The notes under the pieces: model-generated
The model's database searches: none
Told to the model about the DNA's origin: nothing
Seen by the model: the letters and a program-made list of their open reading frames with translations, nothing else
Shown here: positions 10,170-20,952 of the stretch, in pieces
Layout of the letters: every line of letters starts with the position of its first letter
Numbering within the stretch: the first letter of the stretch is position 1
Assembly: GCF_000142905.1 (NCBI RefSeq)
Contig: NW_013657659.1
Location: forward strand, 151,487 to 215,486
From: Thecamonas trahens ATCC 50062
Lineage: Eukaryota; Protista; Apusomonadida
Length of the DNA stretch: 64,000 nt
Direction: 5' to 3'
Program-made: the position numbers and the translations under genes

Positions 10170-13100
10170 TTACCGGCGGTCGGTCATCTCGTCCATGAGG
10201 AGGGCACAGTACTTGGCGGACATGACCATCTTCTGCGAAGGAGTGTTGCGGATGGAAGCAGCATGAAGGAGGCCCTCGCAGCCGACCGACTTGAGGTGGT
10301 TCTTGGTGGGGTGGTTGGGGTCTGACTCGGCGCCGACCTTGGCCATCGAGTGCATGATGTTCTGGACCGAGTTGATGATGTTGCGGTCCTGCGAGGTGGC
10401 GAGCGAGGCCGACATGCGGCGGATGAGGCCGGACGAGTAGGTGACCGGGAAGACCTTGGGACGGCGAGGACAGCCTCCTCGAGGAGGCGGAAGATGAACA
10501 GCTGCTCGGCCTCGTACTCTGCATTGTCAAGGATGGTGACGAGGATGGAGAGGAAGAGGACGGTGGTGGTGAGGTCGGGCAGCATCTCGGGGGTGAAGAG
10601 GAACGACCAGTACGAGTCGCCGTTGGACGACGAGTTGTCGGTGTTGTTGGCAATCATTTCGCGGAAGGCAGTGTTGTTTCGGCGCGAGGGAAGGAGCGCA
10701 GCGAGGAAGCCGAGGACAGACGAGTCGAGGGTGCCCTTGCCAACGACATCGAGGAAGGTAGTGAGGACGCGGACGGTGATGGCCTTGGTCGACGGGTGCT
10801 TGAGACCCTTGAGAATGTTGCCGACAATGGCAAACGAAAAGTCGGTGTGGAAGTTGAACTGGGTTGCCTCGTCCAGCTTGGCGCAAATGTCCTCGAGCGG
10901 CTGACGGGCCATCATGAGGTACTCGTTGACCTGGTACGAGTCGAAGCAGCCGACGGCGTCCATGGTCTTGATGACGACTTCGAGGAGGCCCAAGGCAGCC
11001 GGGAAGAGCACGATTTCCGAGATCTGGAGGATGGAGACGGCGAACCAGAACATGAGGTTAAAGTAGACCGAAGTGGGCGGGAGCTTGGTCATGAGGCGGG
11101 TGAGGCAGAGAAGGATGGCGATAGGCATGTCGAACGACGACTCGAGATTGCCCGGCACGGCCGTGATCCGCATCGACTGAAGGAGCTTGACGCGAAGCAT
11201 CGAGATGAGCTCGCGGATGAGCGAGTCCGAGACGTGGGTGGCAAGGACGCCGATGGTGACACAGGCACGCGGTTGGAGCGCCGGATTGAACTGGAACGCG
11301 GTCTCTGTGGTCAGCGAGAGCCAACGCGAGTGCCACAACTGACCATAGCTATTGACAGCGCCGGTCTGGCAGCAGGTGATGACGTCGTGGAGGGCGATGG
11401 CAATGGCCTCGAGCGACTGGACCGGAATGGACTCGATCGACTTGGAGCCCGAGACGCCAAAGAGGAGCTGGTGACGGGCCTCGGAAAAGTCGCGAAGGCG
11501 GAAGCGGAGCGACTCGGCCTGCTCGGCAGTGACGAGGTCTGAGGTGCAAAGCGACTGGACGACGTTGATGACAATGCCATGGATGGTCTTGCGGAAGAGG
11601 GACTCGCCGGTGGAGACCAGGCAGATGACAATGTGGAAGATTTCCGGGAGGAAGTTCCGCAGGTCGATGCGGTCGTGGAAGGAGAGCATGAGCACAATGC
11701 GGGTGAGGGTAGCGATCTCGTTCCACAGCTGGCCGTCCTCGAGGCGAGTGACCGGGACCATGGCGGTGGCGCGGAGGAGCTTGCGAAGCTGAGCGATGAC
11801 ACGGCCCGAGACGAGGGCCTTGTTCTGCGAGGCGAGGGTGACGGTGGTGTCAGCGATGATCTCCGCAGGCTTGGACGAGAGGCCTGCGCGGCAGGCGCGG
11901 ATGATAAGGATGTCGACGACGTCGTGGAGGACGGGCGTGACTTGGCCAATGGTGGTCCAGATGTACTGCTGGACGGCCGGGTAGAGCTCGTCCTCGCGGA
12001 TGGTGAGGTCGATAAGGGTGTTGATGAGGTCCTTGGCCCGCGACTTTCGGTCGAGTGAGTCCGGGTCGGGCGAGGCCAGAAAGTACTCGTCGAGGTTGTT
12101 AAGCCACGGCGCGAGGTACTGCAGCGAGAGGTGCTTGCGCTTGCGGTTCTCCTTGTCAAACGACTCGAGCACTTCGCGGATAAACTCGAGGGTGAGGCGG
12201 GTTTCGTTGTTTGCCAGCGTCCGCGACATCGAGGTCACAAACCACGCCGTGTTGACCGGAATGAACATGCCGTCGGCGCGGAGGAGGGCGTCGCGGATGG
12301 GAAAGTTGAACTTGACGGCGAGCGCGTAGAGCATGTCGTAGGAAGCCAGGCGGAGGGCCGAGTCGTCGGAGCCGAGGTTGAGCAGCGCCATGTTGAGCAG
12401 TGTGCCCGGCACGTCTTCGGGGCGGAACTTGCGGACGGTGGACGAGTCCTCGGGTTTGGCCGAGCGCCACTGCTCCTGGGTCGCCTTGAGGGTCTTGATG
12501 ATGCGCGAAGCCTGGTGCGAGCGGAGGAGGAGAATGTTGGTGCCCTCGGCGTCGTAGTACTTGATGTTGAACGAGTGCGCGTCGCGCGAGCCGATGCGAT
12601 ACACGTCCTCGACCTGGCGGATGTGGTAGAGGTCGGTGATGGCGCACTTGTGGCGGAGGATTGACGACTGCTTGGTCGACAGGATCTGGAAGCCGTCAGA
12701 GAGGACTCGGATGATGCACGGCTTGTGCTGCGAGGTCCTTGTCACCCGCTCAAAGGTGAGTTTGACATCGTTCTCGATGGCGAGCGTGGTCTCGGGAAGC
12801 TTGATCTCCACCGGCGCCACGTAAGCATGGAGGTGGTGGACCGAGGCGCAGAACTTGATCTTGCGCGAGATACGGCCCGAGACGACGCGCCCGACGCGCT
12901 TGAGGAACTTCTTTGCCCACGAGTTGGGGTAGAGGATGCAGATGTCGTTGACGGCAGTCTGCAGCTCGACCGGAAGGAGGCGGACAAAGCGCGAGATGAG
13001 CGAAAACTCAACCTCGTTCTCCGGGCCCGAGTACGCGAGGTCGATGACAATGTCAAACTGTGTGTGCAAAACCGGCTGGAGCGTCTTGAGGATGTGGTAC

Positions 13101-16100
13101 TGGACCTTGACCTTGTCCATCGACGGCTTGAGATTCCGGGCAATGACGTAGAGGACCGGGAAGCCCGCCAGCGATTTGCCGGCCTGGTACATGAGCGCCT
13201 CGAGCTCCTCGGAGCTCTCGATACCAGCGTTCTGCCGCATGAACACCTCGTATGCCGAGTTGGACGAGGTGACGCTGCCGGGACCAGAGGCCTCGCCGTC
13301 CGTCTTCTCCTTGATCTCTGGTGGCGGGCCAAGCTGCGCCATGAGAATGGTGAGCTGGACGAAAGGCTTTTTGGCGGCGGCGGCGGCACCGGACGGAGCC
13401 GAGCCATCGGCGGCGGCGGCGTCAACTTCGTCACCGGCCGGGGCTTCGTCCGACTTGGCGGCAGCGTCGGCGGCAGCAGCCTCGGCAGCAGCGAGGTTGG
13501 CGCGGTGGACCGAGACGAGCTGATCAACGCGCGCTTTGGCGGCCTTGGCGGCAGTCTCGGCGTCGATGCCCTGGGCGACGAGCTGCTTCTGGATGAGGTT
13601 GGTGGCGGAGATCGGGTCCGAGGCAGCGGCCTCTGCAGCAGCCGGGTTGATGTTGCCCGGAACGTCAGGGGCGGATGGAGCGTCGGCGGTGGAGGCCGGC
13701 GGCGGCGAGCCCGAGGCCGGCGAAGTGCCGATGATGGAGCCGTCCTCGCCGTAGACGTTGCCCTCGCGGCGGCGCTGCTCGTCGGCAAGCTCGTTGCGGG
13801 AGCGAATTTCCTTGGAAATCATCTGGCCCATCTTCTCAAGGTTGTCGTAGATGAGGTGATGGAGGGCGACGACGTCGGGGAAGAGCTCGTCGGTGATGAA
13901 CGAGGCCTCCTGATCGTCGTCGTCGTCATCCTTGGCGCCGGCCTCACCGCCATCGTCAGGCTCCTCGTCGGCTGCAAGCTCGGCGGCGTCGGGCGGGCCG
14001 GCAAAGTGCGAGAGGACAGCGAGCATCGACTCGGAGCGGTCGTCGATAAACTGGTTAGCCATGTCCATGAAGCGCTCCTTGGTGCCGAAACGGACGCGAT
14101 TAGCCAGGTTCTGCACAATCTTGGTGACAATGATGAGGCCGCGGCGGGTGTCGCGCGAGGTGATGGCGTCAGGGACAAGGCCAAAGCCGTCGGGTGCAAC
14201 AATGGCCGGGCAGATGAAGCGGAGGAAGATAAAGCCGGCGATGGCAGTCGGGCCGGCCTTGGGAAACTTCTCGACGATGATGGAAGCGAGCATGTGTGCG
14301 ACCGAGTGGATGGAGACAGGGCACTGTGCGTACTTGGCAAAGATGGCATCGACAATGACGGTGGCTGCGGTCATGAGACGGTCGCGGTTGGCGTCGACGT
14401 CGTCGTTGGGCATGACCTTGTCGGGGTCGACCTCGAACCGCTGCGGGTTCATCTCGAGCATGGCCTTGATGGGCTCGCGGAGCATGTCTTGGAGCCACGA
14501 CTTGCCGACGTACTTGGTAAACGCAGTGAGGAGCTTGGTGGCCATCGAGTTGCGGCGGAAGAGGGTCGACTCGGCAAAGGTAGAGGTCACCTCCTTACGG
14601 ATGATGTACTCAAGAAGCTGCATGTGCTTGCCGGCGGCGGAGAAGAGGCGGATGAGGACGGATGAGATCATGTCGGCCTCGGTGATCTGAACCGACTCGA
14701 TGAGGGCGTGAGTGACAACCATGTCGCGCTGCATGAGGAGGGCCATGAGCTTGGCGTAGCGCTCGTTGAGCGACGACTCGGCGAGCGATTCAAACTCGGC
14801 GCCCTGGCGGAGAATGTTGGTGAGAACCTTGATAAAGGCCGTTCGGGTCTCCGGATCCTGCGAGTAGCCCTGCGAGATAAAGTACTCGAGGCCCGAGTCG
14901 ATGTTGGCGGTGAGGAGGTTGGAGAGGGCGCGAATGGCGAGGCCGGCGAGCTCCGAGTACTTTGCCGACTGGCGCTCGTCGCGACGGCAGCGGTTGAGGA
15001 GCTGGGTGAAGAAGGTAAAGTACTGCAGGAAGAGGGCAGACTTGTCCTTGGACGACGCGTCGTTGGCATCGGTCTGGAGCGGAAGGTTGTGGAGGAGCGA
15101 GGCGATGGCGCGCATGGTGTGGATGTCAACCTTCATGACCTCGGCCGGGTCGAGCGTAGCGCGGTTCTTCTTGTCGCCAAAGTCGGAGGTCCAGCCGATG
15201 ATCTTCTCGACGAGGCGGTTGCGGAAGTTGACCTCGTTGCGGAAGGTGAGGTACTCGCGGTTGGCCATGGTGGTCTCGATGAGCTGGCAGGTCTTGACCT
15301 TTGTCCGCGCCGTGTCGACGTTGTCCTGGAGAGCCGAGATGTAGCGGGCAAACGAGAGGAGGAGCGTTTCAAAGTCTGCGATGGCGAGCTCGTCGGACGA
15401 CTCTTGGTGTTCGGAGAGAATGATCTTGAGCATAGAGATGGCCTGCTCGACAAAGAGGCGCGAGGTGTCGGTGACGACAATAGACTTTGCAGAGGTGCCC
15501 TTGAGGAACGAGTCCATGGTCTCGTGCATGGTGCGGAAGAGCGGGGCGTACATGGTGGGCGAGAGCGAGGCAGCGGCAATCTTGAGGATAGACTCGCGGA
15601 GGTACTGGGCGTCGCACATGACGAGCTCGAGAATCTGCGAGATAAACTCGTCGACGACGGCCTCCTCCGAGGCGTCGACCATGACGCCACCCAGGGCGCA
15701 CAGGAAGCCTGCGTAGTTCATCCACTCTGCGCGAAGGTCCTCGATTTCACGGGTGGTGAGCGAGGCGAGCTCAGAGCCAGTCGAGCCGACCAGAGCCTTG
15801 AAGCGACCCTTGCGCTTTGCCTGGGCCGCCGACGACTTTGCGAGCTTGGATGGGTCGTTGGTCTTGGTGTCGAGCTCGAGAATGAGCGGAGTGTTCTCGG
15901 TCCAGCGGTCGTTGACAGACCGCCAAGCGGCGATGGAGCCTGGCGTCTGAGCCTTGGTCTGACGAATGAGCTTGCGGATTTCCTTCTGCTGGTGCTCGCG
16001 GCCCATGACCTTGTTGCCGAGGGCTTGCATGAAGCGGTAGACAGAGAAGTTTGCGAGCGGGGTCTTGCGCATGGGCGAGTCTGCGTCAAACTGGTCGACC

Positions 16101-18620
16101 GACGACTCCAAGAGGAGCGAGGCCTGGCCGCAGATGAGGCCAAAGCAGCGTGCGGCTTGCGAACAGATCTCGGGCTCACCAGAGCAGAGGCAGATGAGCA
16201 GCGCGTGCTCAATCTTGATGGAGGAGCGGGCGCGCGGCTTGTACATGGCGACGGTGCAGAGCGTGTCGAGGTCCTTGACATAGTCGGAGGCGAGAAAGTC
16301 GTTGGATGACTCGAGGCACTCGTAGAGGAGGTGCATGAGGAGCTTAATGTGGCGCTTGGCGGCCAGGTCCGAGATGTCGCGCTGTTGGATGATGAGTGAG
16401 GCGATTGAGGACGAGACGGCGGACGAGATCTCCCAAAAGGCCGAGAGCATCTCGGGCGGACACCAGGCGGCGATGATGTCGGGCTTGTGGAACTTGGAGA
16501 TGACAGCAACGGCGCGGTGCATGACGCGCTCGAGTTCGCGCGGGTTGAGGCCGGAGCAGAGGCCGGTGAGGAGCATGCGCGAGTCGGAGCGGTGGATGGA
16601 CGGGTCTTCCGAGGTGTTGTAAAAGCCGAGCATGGGGTCCTCCTCAAAGAGGGCGATGAGCGAGCAGAGGATCTCGATGTTGAGGGCGACTTCGGCGAGC
16701 TGGGCTTTGGACTTTTTGGACGAGGCCTCGATGGTGGGCGCGCGGTCGTAGGCAAGCTGCTCTTTGAGAAGCGAGCGGAGCTGCGAGGAGATGGACGGGT
16801 ATGCAAGCTCAATAGTGGGGTTCCACGGAAGCTTTGCGCCGCCCTTGACAATCTCGCGGAGAGCACGGATGAGGACGAGGCGGAAGATGGGCGGCGACTG
16901 GAAGTTGAGCATCTGCTGGAAAATGCCCTCGAGGACCGACGAGGGGTTGAGGAGATAGAGCGAGGTGAGGCAGTCGACCATAAGGGCCATCTCCTCGGGC
17001 GCCAGCTCGGTCGAGGTCGCCATCCGCTTGGGGTCGAACAGCTTTTGGCGGAGGGCGCGCTCGATGGCGGGCACCTGGTAGCGGAGCGGCGAAAAGTCGG
17101 TCTTGCGGACATAGGTCGAGGCCTTGCAGATATCGACGTACGAAATGGCACAGGCGTCGGTCAGCTTGGGGTTCTGCAGGCCCTTTTCGAGCGCCTTGAG
17201 GAACTGGTGCTTGTTGGTCGGCTTGCCGGCCTTTTCTTGCGGTGAGACGGCCTTGAGAAAGTGGTCGGGGCAGAGGACAAGGAGCATGGTCATGAGCGGC
17301 CAGTAAGCGACCTTGCGCTTAGTGTTGTCGGCAAGAGCGTAGAAGATGTCGAAGAGGACGTCCGGGTTGCCGCGCATGCGGTGGCCGCTCTGGCAGAGGA
17401 GCACAAACTCGAGCGGGTATTGGTTGATCCAGTTCCAGATGGCGACTCGGAGCGAGGTGGCCACGATCTGGGTTGAGTTCTTCTTGAACGACGAGAGCGA
17501 TCGCGAGAGCTCCTGGACGAGGTCAGCGAGGCGCTCGGCGTTAAAGTTGATGTGCTGAATGAGCAGGAGCTCCGAGGTTGCTGGATCCTCTTCCGACTGC
17601 TGGACGAGCAGGTTCTTGATCTTGAGCTTGATCTGCGCAAAGACGACGTCAAAGTTGGATGCTGAGAGGTGGAAGAGGACGTTACCAGCCTCGGCGGTGA
17701 GCTCGTCGTTGAGGAGAGGGTGCGGCGTGAGGATGGTGCCGGCAGTGAGGAGGAGGACGTGCTCAGCCAGCTCGTTGTCGAGCGGCGGCGGGTCGACGAC
17801 CGGCTTGGGCATGCCCATGGCCTCGAGCTCGGGGTCGATGGGCTGCGAGTCGATATGCTGCTGCCACGCATACGCCATGCACTTGCCCAGTACCCTCCAG
17901 ATGTGCAGCTGCGAGTGAGCGTGGCGAATAGAGTCAGTCGAGCCCACGTCGGACGGCGCGAGCTTGTTCTGCTCCAGCAGCGAGATGAGGCCATTGACCA
18001 CATGCTGGATACGGTACTCGGAGAGATTGACCAGCGCCTCCACGTTCTGCAGCTGCATAGCATCCTGAAAGTCAAGCGAGAGCGACGATGCCGGGTTGTT
18101 GATAGGGAGCTGAGGAGAGGGGGGGGGTGGGTGGGGGTGAGGGGGTGCGGTGGCTGTGTGTGTTGATGGGTGGCCAAAAAAAGTACAGGTGGTCGGAGGG
18201 GCATGACAGGGGGAATTGGGGAGGGGGGGGGCATGTGGGGTAATGGGTAGGGATAGGAGGGAGGGGTAGAGGGAGAGGAAGGGGAGGGGGAGTGGAGATA
18301 GGGGTGGTGGTGGGGGTGGCGGGGATGGAGGTAGGGGCATGGGAGGGGAGAAGGGGGAGGGGGAGGGGGAGGGGGGGACGTGGGCGTGGGCAGGCTGAGG
18401 TGCAGACTTTGGTTTGGAATGGTGGGCAGGACGGGGATGGATGGGGATGGGGATGGGGAAGGAGCACAGGAGAGGGAGAGAGACGAAAGAAGAAGGAAGG
18501 GTGAGGGTGAGAGATAGAGGGTAAACGTACCCATGATGAAAGCCGCTGGATGAGACCGGCAATAAGCTTGCGGTCCATGACCACCGACTGGGAGACGGTC
18601 TCTGAAGACGACGACGCCAT
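10170..18620 (-). CDS. NF1: Neurofibromin (RasGAP + Sec14/CRAL-TRIO + PH + HEAT repeats); exons 18620-18531 and 18109-10170, with a frameshift at ~10459
   Basis: TLFRRNSMATK, FIFLRFICPAIVAP, KIVQNLAN, RPEDVPGTLLNMALLNLGSDDSALRLASY and AFQFNPALQPRA. GTACGT...CTCAG intron at 18530-18110. The true C-terminus (KVFPVTY...LKSVGCEGL) lies in ORF 10170-10415 after adding one C to a CCC run. Confidence 0.96.
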
Positions 18621-18792
18621 GTCGGTGAGTGGGCCAGGGCGGAGAGGAGCTTGGTGGTGTGAACTGATTTTTGTTCGAGCCTGGATGCGGTCGAGTCCTC
18701 GGGCTTGGGGAGGGGAGGGGGGGGCGGGGCGGGATTTTTTTTCTTTTGTGGTGACCATGGAGCACAGACAGTGGTGTGAGGGGGGATGGGGT

Positions 18793-20745
18793 TTATGCGT
18801 CGGTCGGCTCGGTGGCGGGCTCGGTGGCGGGTTCGGCAGTGGGATCGGTGGCGGCGGCATCGCGGGCGGCAGAGATGGCGTCGACGTTGAGAGAGGAGGA
18901 GCGGCGGGGGACCGAGGGGTTGGCGTCGTCGGGCGTTGCGGTGTCAGAGGCGGCGGCGCGGTCGGAGCGGCGCTTGGACTTGCGCTTCTTGGCGGCGGAG
19001 GAGGAGGAGCGCTTCGGACGCGGGGCCGGAGTGGCGCCCGGCGGGACAATGGCGTCAGGGAGAGCGAGGAGGGCCGGGTCGTAGATGGTGAAGAGGTCGG
19101 CAATGGTGGGCACGTAGCGGCGCTTGGCCACAAACTTGGACGAGATGAACGGGCGCATCATGCGCATGATGTTCTTGAGCCAGAACGACGGCTCAACAAT
19201 GTACAGGGTGCGGAGCGACTTCTTGAAGGTGCGCGAGAAGAGCGAGTAGACCTTCTTGATCCACGAGAACTTGGGCGTGTTGGTCATGCCCGAGTGGACG
19301 TAGACGAGCTTGTAGCTCGAGGTAGCGACCTCGGTGGCCAGCTTCCAGTGGATGTACAGGAAGAGGTCCGAGTACAGATCGGCGTCAAACTTGGGAAGCT
19401 GGCAGGCGAGGAAGACAAGGACGACGTGGTCTTTGGCATCGCGCCCGATCGAGTACAGGATGTTGAGCTCGTCAAAGTGCGACAAGTCCTTGGTCGCCGC
19501 CGCGTCCAGGTACGCCTGGTACTGTGCAGCCTCGGCCGGCGGCAGGCCGTCGGGCACAACCGGCCCGGTCGACGCGCCGGCGGCGGCCTCGTCACTAACG
19601 TCTGCCTCGTGCTTGGCCTTCCGCCGGTGCTTCTTGACCTTGACTCGGTGCCCACGGTGGTGCTCGACGGCTTCCGCCGCCGCCTCCTGCGCCTCCTCGC
19701 CCGCTACAGCCGCGTCCAGCGCCGCGGCGCCAGCTGCTTCCTCGGAAGCAGCCTGCACCTCGGCAGCGTCTGCAGCATCGGCTTCGGCCTCGGCGGCAGC
19801 GTCGTCGGCAGCATCTGCAGCAGCCTCGGCGGCAGCAACGTCTGCAGCAGCAGCGTCTGCAGCAGCGTCTGCGGCGGCCTTGGCCTCTGCGGCGGCGGCG
19901 GCGTCTGCAGCAGCGGCCTGGGCGGCGGCGTGGTCGTTGGCAAGCGTCTTGGCGGCGGCCTCGGCTTCAGCCTGAGCCTGAGCCTGAGCCTGAGCCTCTG
20001 CTTCTGCAGCGGCGGCGGCCTCCGCCTCTGCGGCGGCCTCCGCCTCTGCGGCGGCGGCGGCGGCCTTGGCATCCTCCTCCTCCTGCTTGGCCTCTGCAGC
20101 AGCCTTAGCCTCTGCAGCCGCCGCCGCCTTGGCGGCCTCTGCCTCTGCCTTGGCCGAAGCCTCAGCCTTTGCCTTTGCTGCTGCCGCCGCCTTTGCGGCA
20201 GCCTCAGCCTCGGCCTTTGCGGCAGCCTCAGCCTCAGCCTCAGCCTTTGCCTTTGCGGCAGCCTCAGCCTCAGCCTCAGCCTTTGCCTTTGCGGCAGCCT
20301 TTGCCTCGGCCTCAGCCTTTGCCTTTGCGGCAGCCTCAGCCTCAGCCTTTGCCTTTGCCTCGGCCTCAGCCTTTGCCTCGGCCTCGGCCTTTGCCTCGGC
20401 CTCGGCCTTTGCCTCGGCCTCAGCCTTTGCCTCGGCCTCGGCCTTTGCCTCGGCCTCGGCCTTTGCCTCGGCCTCAGCCTTTGCCTCGGCCTCGGCCTTT
20501 GCCTCGGCCTCAGCCTTTGCGGCCTTTGCGGCAGCCTCGGCATCAGCCTCAGCCTTGACCTGCTCCTGAACGTCGTCGCCGCCGTCAGCTGCGGGGGCAG
20601 CCGCAGCAGGGGGGGCGTCGGTGGTGGGCGCCCCGGCGTCGATGCAGACCTTGCAGCGCCGAACAGGCTTCTTCCACTGGGCCTTGGAGAACTCGCTGGA
20701 AGCCTTCTCCTCCCAGCATGCGTTGCACTGCTTAGTCGTCGACAT
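18793..20745 (-). CDS. Protein with N-terminal C4 (Stc1-like) zinc finger, KAEAEA repeat stalk and C-terminal CRAL-TRIO_2/BCH domain
   Basis: CNACWEEKASSEFSKAQWKKPVRRCKVC; GRDAKDHVVLVFLAC...YKLVYVHSG...KKSLRTLYIVEPSFW...PFISSKFVAK. Start placed at MSTTK (ATG 20745). Confidence 0.8.
   Translation of the reverse strand: MSTTKQCNACWEEKASSEFSKAQWKKPVRRCKVCIDAGAPTTDAPPAAAAPAADGGDDVQEQVKAEADAEAAAKAAKAEAEAKAEAEAKAEAEAKAEAEAKAEAEAKAEAEAKAEAEAKAEAEAKAEAEAKAKAEAEAAAKAKAEAEAKAAAKAKAEAEAEAAAKAKAEAEAEAAAKAEAEAAAKAAAAAKAKAEASAKAEAEAAKAAAAAEAKAAAEAKQEEEDAKAAAAAAEAEAAAEAEAAAAAEAEAQAQAQAQAEAEAAAKTLANDHAAAQAAAADAAAAAEAKAAADAAADAAAADVAAAEAAADAADDAAAEAEADAADAAEVQAASEEAAGAAALDAAVAGEEAQEAAAEAVEHHRGHRVKVKKHRRKAKHEADVSDEAAAGASTGPVVPDGLPPAEAAQYQAYLDAAATKDLSHFDELNILYSIGRDAKDHVVLVFLACQLPKFDADLYSDLFLYIHWKLATEVATSSYKLVYVHSGMTNTPKFSWIKKVYSLFSRTFKKSLRTLYIVEPSFWLKNIMRMMRPFISSKFVAKRRYVPTIADLFTIYDPALLALPDAIVPPGATPAPRPKRSSSSAAKKRKSKRRSDRAAASDTATPDDANPSVPRRSSSLNVDAISAARDAAATDPTAEPATEPATEPTDA
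20160..20525 (-). repeat. 18-24 bp coding tandem repeat (KAEAEA / AAAKAKAEAEAE)
   Basis: Direct reading. Confidence 0.9.
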
Positions 20746-20952
20746 AGACCTGCGGGAGTTGGGTGGTGCGCCCCGCACTCGGCCGGGTCGCTTGGCGCGT
20801 GCCGCCGCCCGCCGCCCGCCGCCCCATCAACCACGCTCCTCACCAACAAAGCCTGCTCACCCCCTCACACCCCATCATATCCAATAAGCTTCTCCTTTTT
20901 CCTTGTAGTGCGCCTCATCTTTCATCATGGAGTGGGGGAGGGGGGGGTACGG

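Noticed and set aside
10184-10457. ORF-track NF1 C-terminus (PRSSRSPTRP...)
   Set aside because: It is out-of-frame read-through after the homopolymer frameshift; the NF1-like sequence is in the frame ending at 10170.
18110-18562. Pro-rich N-terminus of the 2792-aa ORF
   Set aside because: It is mostly a translation of the C-rich intron.
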